This document shows positions 36,102 to 38,963 of a stretch of 38,963 nucleotides of DNA, one piece after another (position 1 is the stretch's first letter; each line of letters starts with the position of its first letter). The position numbers and the translations under genes are program-made. Origin of the DNA: a virus (Duplodnaviria; Caudoviricetes); IMG/VR virus record IMGVR_UViG_3300020044_006241, positions 1 through 38,963 of that record, one strand, 5' to 3'. The notes beneath the pieces are model-generated. The model saw only the letters and a list, made by a program, of their open reading frames with translations, ran no database searches and was not told the DNA's origin.

Positions 36102-36596
36102 TTAGTTCAAGCGACGATAGTTAACCGTCAACGTTGCATTCGTGCTAGCCGTAACAGCAAGCCCGCGCACCGTATTCAAGTTAACCGTAAACGGTCCACT
36201 CACACTAGACGCCCCAGCAGAATAAACTGCGAGGGACGGCCAAGTATTCGTATTCGCAGCTACCGAAGCGGTAGTCGTGAACACACCGACGAACGTATTC
36301 GTCTGAAGATTACCAGCAGAGTTGGTAATCGTGGACGTCATGTTCGTGGTATACGACGTAGTCGTAGTATACGTGGCGTTCGTGTAAGTCGAACTGGCCG
36401 CCGAGTTATCGAACAACGTCACCGTGGTGGCACCCGCTGAAGTTCCAGCAACCGTGATGCTGGAAATCTGCAACGGAAACGCCAGACACAGAGATGTGCC
36501 CGCCGAAAGGTTGGTGCTGAATGTGGACTGAGCATTAACGCTCATGGACACACAAAGCAACCCAACCGCGATCAGAGACTTGAGGAGTTTCTTCAT
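36102..36596 (-). CDS. Thr-rich beta protein with signal peptide (decoration-like)
   Basis: MKKLLKSLIAVGLLCVSMSVNA|QST; directly after capsid gene. Confidence 0.7.
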   Translation of the reverse strand: MKKLLKSLIAVGLLCVSMSVNAQSTFSTNLSAGTSLCLAFPLQISSITVAGTSAGATTVTLFDNSAASSTYTNATYTTTTSYTTNMTSTITNSAGNLQTNTFVGVFTTTASVAANTNTWPSLAVYSAGASSVSGPFTVNLNTVRGLAVTASTNATLTVNYRRLN

Positions 36597-36659
36597 ATTT
36601 GATTTCTGTTTAATAGTTGTCAGTGGTTAATGAGGCTTAGTTACTTCGCCTCACATTGA

Positions 36660-37961
36660 TTACGCAGCGACCGGATTACGAGCGCCACGGAAACGACGGA
36701 ACAGAATCGGGAGAATACCACGCTTCTGAGTTCCAACGATGCCAGTCGTCAGATGCGAGATAAGTTGGAGATACTCCTTATACTTATTCGTGTCCCACAC
36801 AGTGTTGCCACCTTCGTCAGTGCAAGGAACATTCACGTCATCAGTCATGATAACGCGGCCATTCCAAGGCATGTCACCGAAGTCCTTCGGGGGAGGTCCA
36901 ACACGAAGCATCTCGTATGGAGCGCCACCAGACACGAGGAACGCGACTTCATACTCAGCGTTCACGTAGTCAGGATTCGGGATCGTCTCACCGTAGTTAT
37001 TCGCATTCGGATTCAACTCAACAGTCTCAGGAGCAGGCCACGTGATGTAGGCAGCAGCGCCGGGATTCTGAGTAGAATCGAGCTTGATACGCAACGGCAT
37101 GTCTTCGAGTTTGCACATGACGCGACCAAACAGATTGCCCTTGAAACCCTTCGTGAGGATGTTCAGATCAATCTGCTTATACTCAAGCAGGAACGGATCA
37201 TACATGAACTGGTTGTAAGCATCGCTGCCAATAACCAGTGCATACATCGAGTTGAGCGGCGAAGAGTCACCGTTAGGCAACTCACTACCACTGAACGGCC
37301 GCATACGCTGATCGTCGAGGTGAGAACAAGCGAGGTTAATCGCGTTCAAACTCAACGGACCGACGTTAGCGATACCATTCAACTTCGCGCCGAGGTAAGT
37401 ATTAGTCTTACCAGCGGTTCCAGCGGAGTTACCTTCAGCACCCCACGGAGCATCCGTCAACACGCCATCACCGGGAGCGCCGGGAATCATGAGGTAACGA
37501 GATTGGTGGAAAACATAACTGCGGGCCATCACGTCATTGAAACGTGTAACCTGATCGTTAATGTTCTCAAGCGTGAACTCGATGGAGTTCTTCAAGAAAT
37601 CCTGAAAGGACGGCAAGAAGTTGAACATCGGGGATTCAAACTTGTGGTGCTTCGGAGCGAACGAAGTGGAACGCTCGCGTGTGATCACGAGGTCTTTCTT
37701 CGCCGAGTCGGTGAGTGCATTGGGGAACGCATGAGCGCGAAGAACAGGAGAGAACTGTTTCTGGATCACCTTACCGGTGGAACCCATGTTCTGATCCCAT
37801 TTTCGTTCGCCGAGAATCTTGGACCAAATGGACCAAGTTTTCAAGTGTTCAGCTTGCTTCGCTTGAAAGAAGTAGGGGAGCTTGTTGTAGAAGTCCCGAT
37901 CCAATTCATTCCAAGACGTGCAAGCCTGATTATCAATAGAGGGCAGTGTAGCTGCTGACAT
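36660..37961 (-). CDS. Major capsid protein
   Basis: 433 aa after scaffold-like gene; own promoter; composition and position typical of an HK97-fold MCP. Confidence 0.75.
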   Translation of the reverse strand: MSAATLPSIDNQACTSWNELDRDFYNKLPYFFQAKQAEHLKTWSIWSKILGERKWDQNMGSTGKVIQKQFSPVLRAHAFPNALTDSAKKDLVITRERSTSFAPKHHKFESPMFNFLPSFQDFLKNSIEFTLENINDQVTRFNDVMARSYVFHQSRYLMIPGAPGDGVLTDAPWGAEGNSAGTAGKTNTYLGAKLNGIANVGPLSLNAINLACSHLDDQRMRPFSGSELPNGDSSPLNSMYALVIGSDAYNQFMYDPFLLEYKQIDLNILTKGFKGNLFGRVMCKLEDMPLRIKLDSTQNPGAAAYITWPAPETVELNPNANNYGETIPNPDYVNAEYEVAFLVSGGAPYEMLRVGPPPKDFGDMPWNGRVIMTDDVNVPCTDEGGNTVWDTNKYKEYLQLISHLTTGIVGTQKRGILPILFRRFRGARNPVAA

Positions 37962-38113
37962 AGTAGGCTGAGTCGAGTTTCGCTGCTTTTATTCAGGCAA
38001 CAGCGGATTCCTGTCGTTGTGAGATTCTGTCACAACAGTCAGGTTGCTGCCCTGCAACGCATTCGAGGCTGATTGGTGCTGCCCTACACCTACTATGAAG
38101 CTATCTATGATAG

Positions 38114-38129
38114 AGCATGGAGCGTGCCA
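38114..38129 (-). promoter_or_regulatory. Sigma54 (-24/-12) late promoter upstream of capsid gene
   Basis: Reverse complement TGGCACGCTCCATGCT: GG-N10-GC, intergenic. Confidence 0.8.
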
Positions 38130-38140
38130 GATGTGTCCCT

Positions 38141-38178
38141 AAACACAAACTCCACGCCATCATTACAACAGCGTGGAG
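38141..38178 (-). terminator. Intrinsic terminator after scaffold gene
   Basis: - strand ctccacgctgt-tgtaatg-atggcgtggag-tttgtgttt. Confidence 0.65.
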
Positions 38179-38208
38179 CAAGTGTGGAGTGAACTATGCC
38201 GCTAGAGC

Positions 38209-38963
38209 TTATCGCCTAGAGTTGAACTTAGCAAGGACATCGTCGTATGACAACTTGCTGAAGTCGTCTCCATTAGAAGGTTTAGACGCCGCTCCGTTGT
38301 TGACACGTGACATTGTAGGCCCAGCCAGCTTCGCGTCTGACGCGGCCTTAGCTTTCATGTTCGCCGCCGCCTGCAACTTCTGGTTGTTTTCGTGCAACAG
38401 CCTGATTGTATGCATTGCCTTCGCATAACCAGAAGCCAGAGGGTGATCACGAATATCCTCAGGAATCACCTGCAACAGAGCGTCAATGGCCGCCTTGTGT
38501 GGGTTATTTTCGCCCTCGAAGAAGTGGAAGAATTGCTTCTCGTAGTTACGAACACCCTCAACGATTGCGTTGCGGCGTTGTGCAAAACCGCCTTGAACTT
38601 CCTGCAAGCGTTGCTGGTGGATGCTGTGCTGGTGTGTGGCTTGTGTGAGGTTACGAAGCACGTCAGCTTTAGCCTGTGGAGTTGCATCGACTGGCTTGCC
38701 CTCGAAAAGCTCGCCGGTCTTTGTGTCTCGCATTAGCGGCCTCCACTGTTCTCCAGATTCGATGGCGGCCAACTGCTTGGCCCAGTAGTCACTCTCGAAC
38801 CGAAACGCTTCCGCAGTCTGGTGAGCTTGCTTGAATTGCGGTGAGAGGATGTAAGCGTGTTCGTTGTCGAACACTCCCTTCGGCATCGCGTTCACGGCCT
38901 TCTTCTCACGCTCCGCAATCTGAGCCTCACGATCCGCAATCTTCTTGTGCTGCTCGTAGATTG
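38209..38963 (-). CDS. Putative capsid scaffolding protein (5'-truncated by window edge)
   Basis: Frame open to the window end (IYEQHKKIADREAQ...); helical, charged; upstream of MCP. Confidence 0.6.
   Translation of the reverse strand, partial: IYEQHKKIADREAQIAEREKKAVNAMPKGVFDNEHAYILSPQFKQAHQTAEAFRFESDYWAKQLAAIESGEQWRPLMRDTKTGELFEGKPVDATPQAKADVLRNLTQATHQHSIHQQRLQEVQGGFAQRRNAIVEGVRNYEKQFFHFFEGENNPHKAAIDALLQVIPEDIRDHPLASGYAKAMHTIRLLHENNQKLQAAANMKAKAASDAKLAGPTMSRVNNGAASKPSNGDDFSKLSYDDVLAKFNSRR

Noticed and set aside
1-38963. Prophage or integration module; alternative genetic code
   Set aside because: No integrase, repressor or host genes seen. Long ORFs are intact in code 11, and the split genes are separated by whole ORFs rather than single stops.

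Overview
Most of a podovirus-like dsDNA phage genome infecting a Gram-negative host (spanin-like pair present). It has two converging arms. The + strand (1-17341) carries a structured non-coding leader with a tRNA-like RNA, small early genes, a split SF2 helicase, a sigma54 enhancer-binding AAA+ activator, a Cas4-like nuclease/Sak4-like/SSB recombination module, a split family-A DNA polymerase and a DUF3987-like helicase. The - strand (17319-38963) carries a partial scaffold, major capsid, decoration/fibre proteins, a lysis cassette, tail adaptor/nozzle and ejection proteins, including a 2171-aa polyvalent protein. Portal and terminase are not seen and probably lie beyond the right edge. The most striking feature is a candidate phage-encoded sigma54 transcription programme: an HTH-less GAFTGA activator plus four correctly spaced intergenic -24/-12 promoters (2379, 3073, 9199 on +, 38129 on -) in front of early, replication and capsid genes. 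Other notable points are effector domains in the giant ejection protein bracketed by in-frame DNA direct repeats, four structural-region proteins with Sec-like signal peptides, a lysis cassette with no canonical endolysin but a papain-like Cys peptidase candidate, and an ATC start codon. All product calls come from motif recognition by eye; no searches were run.
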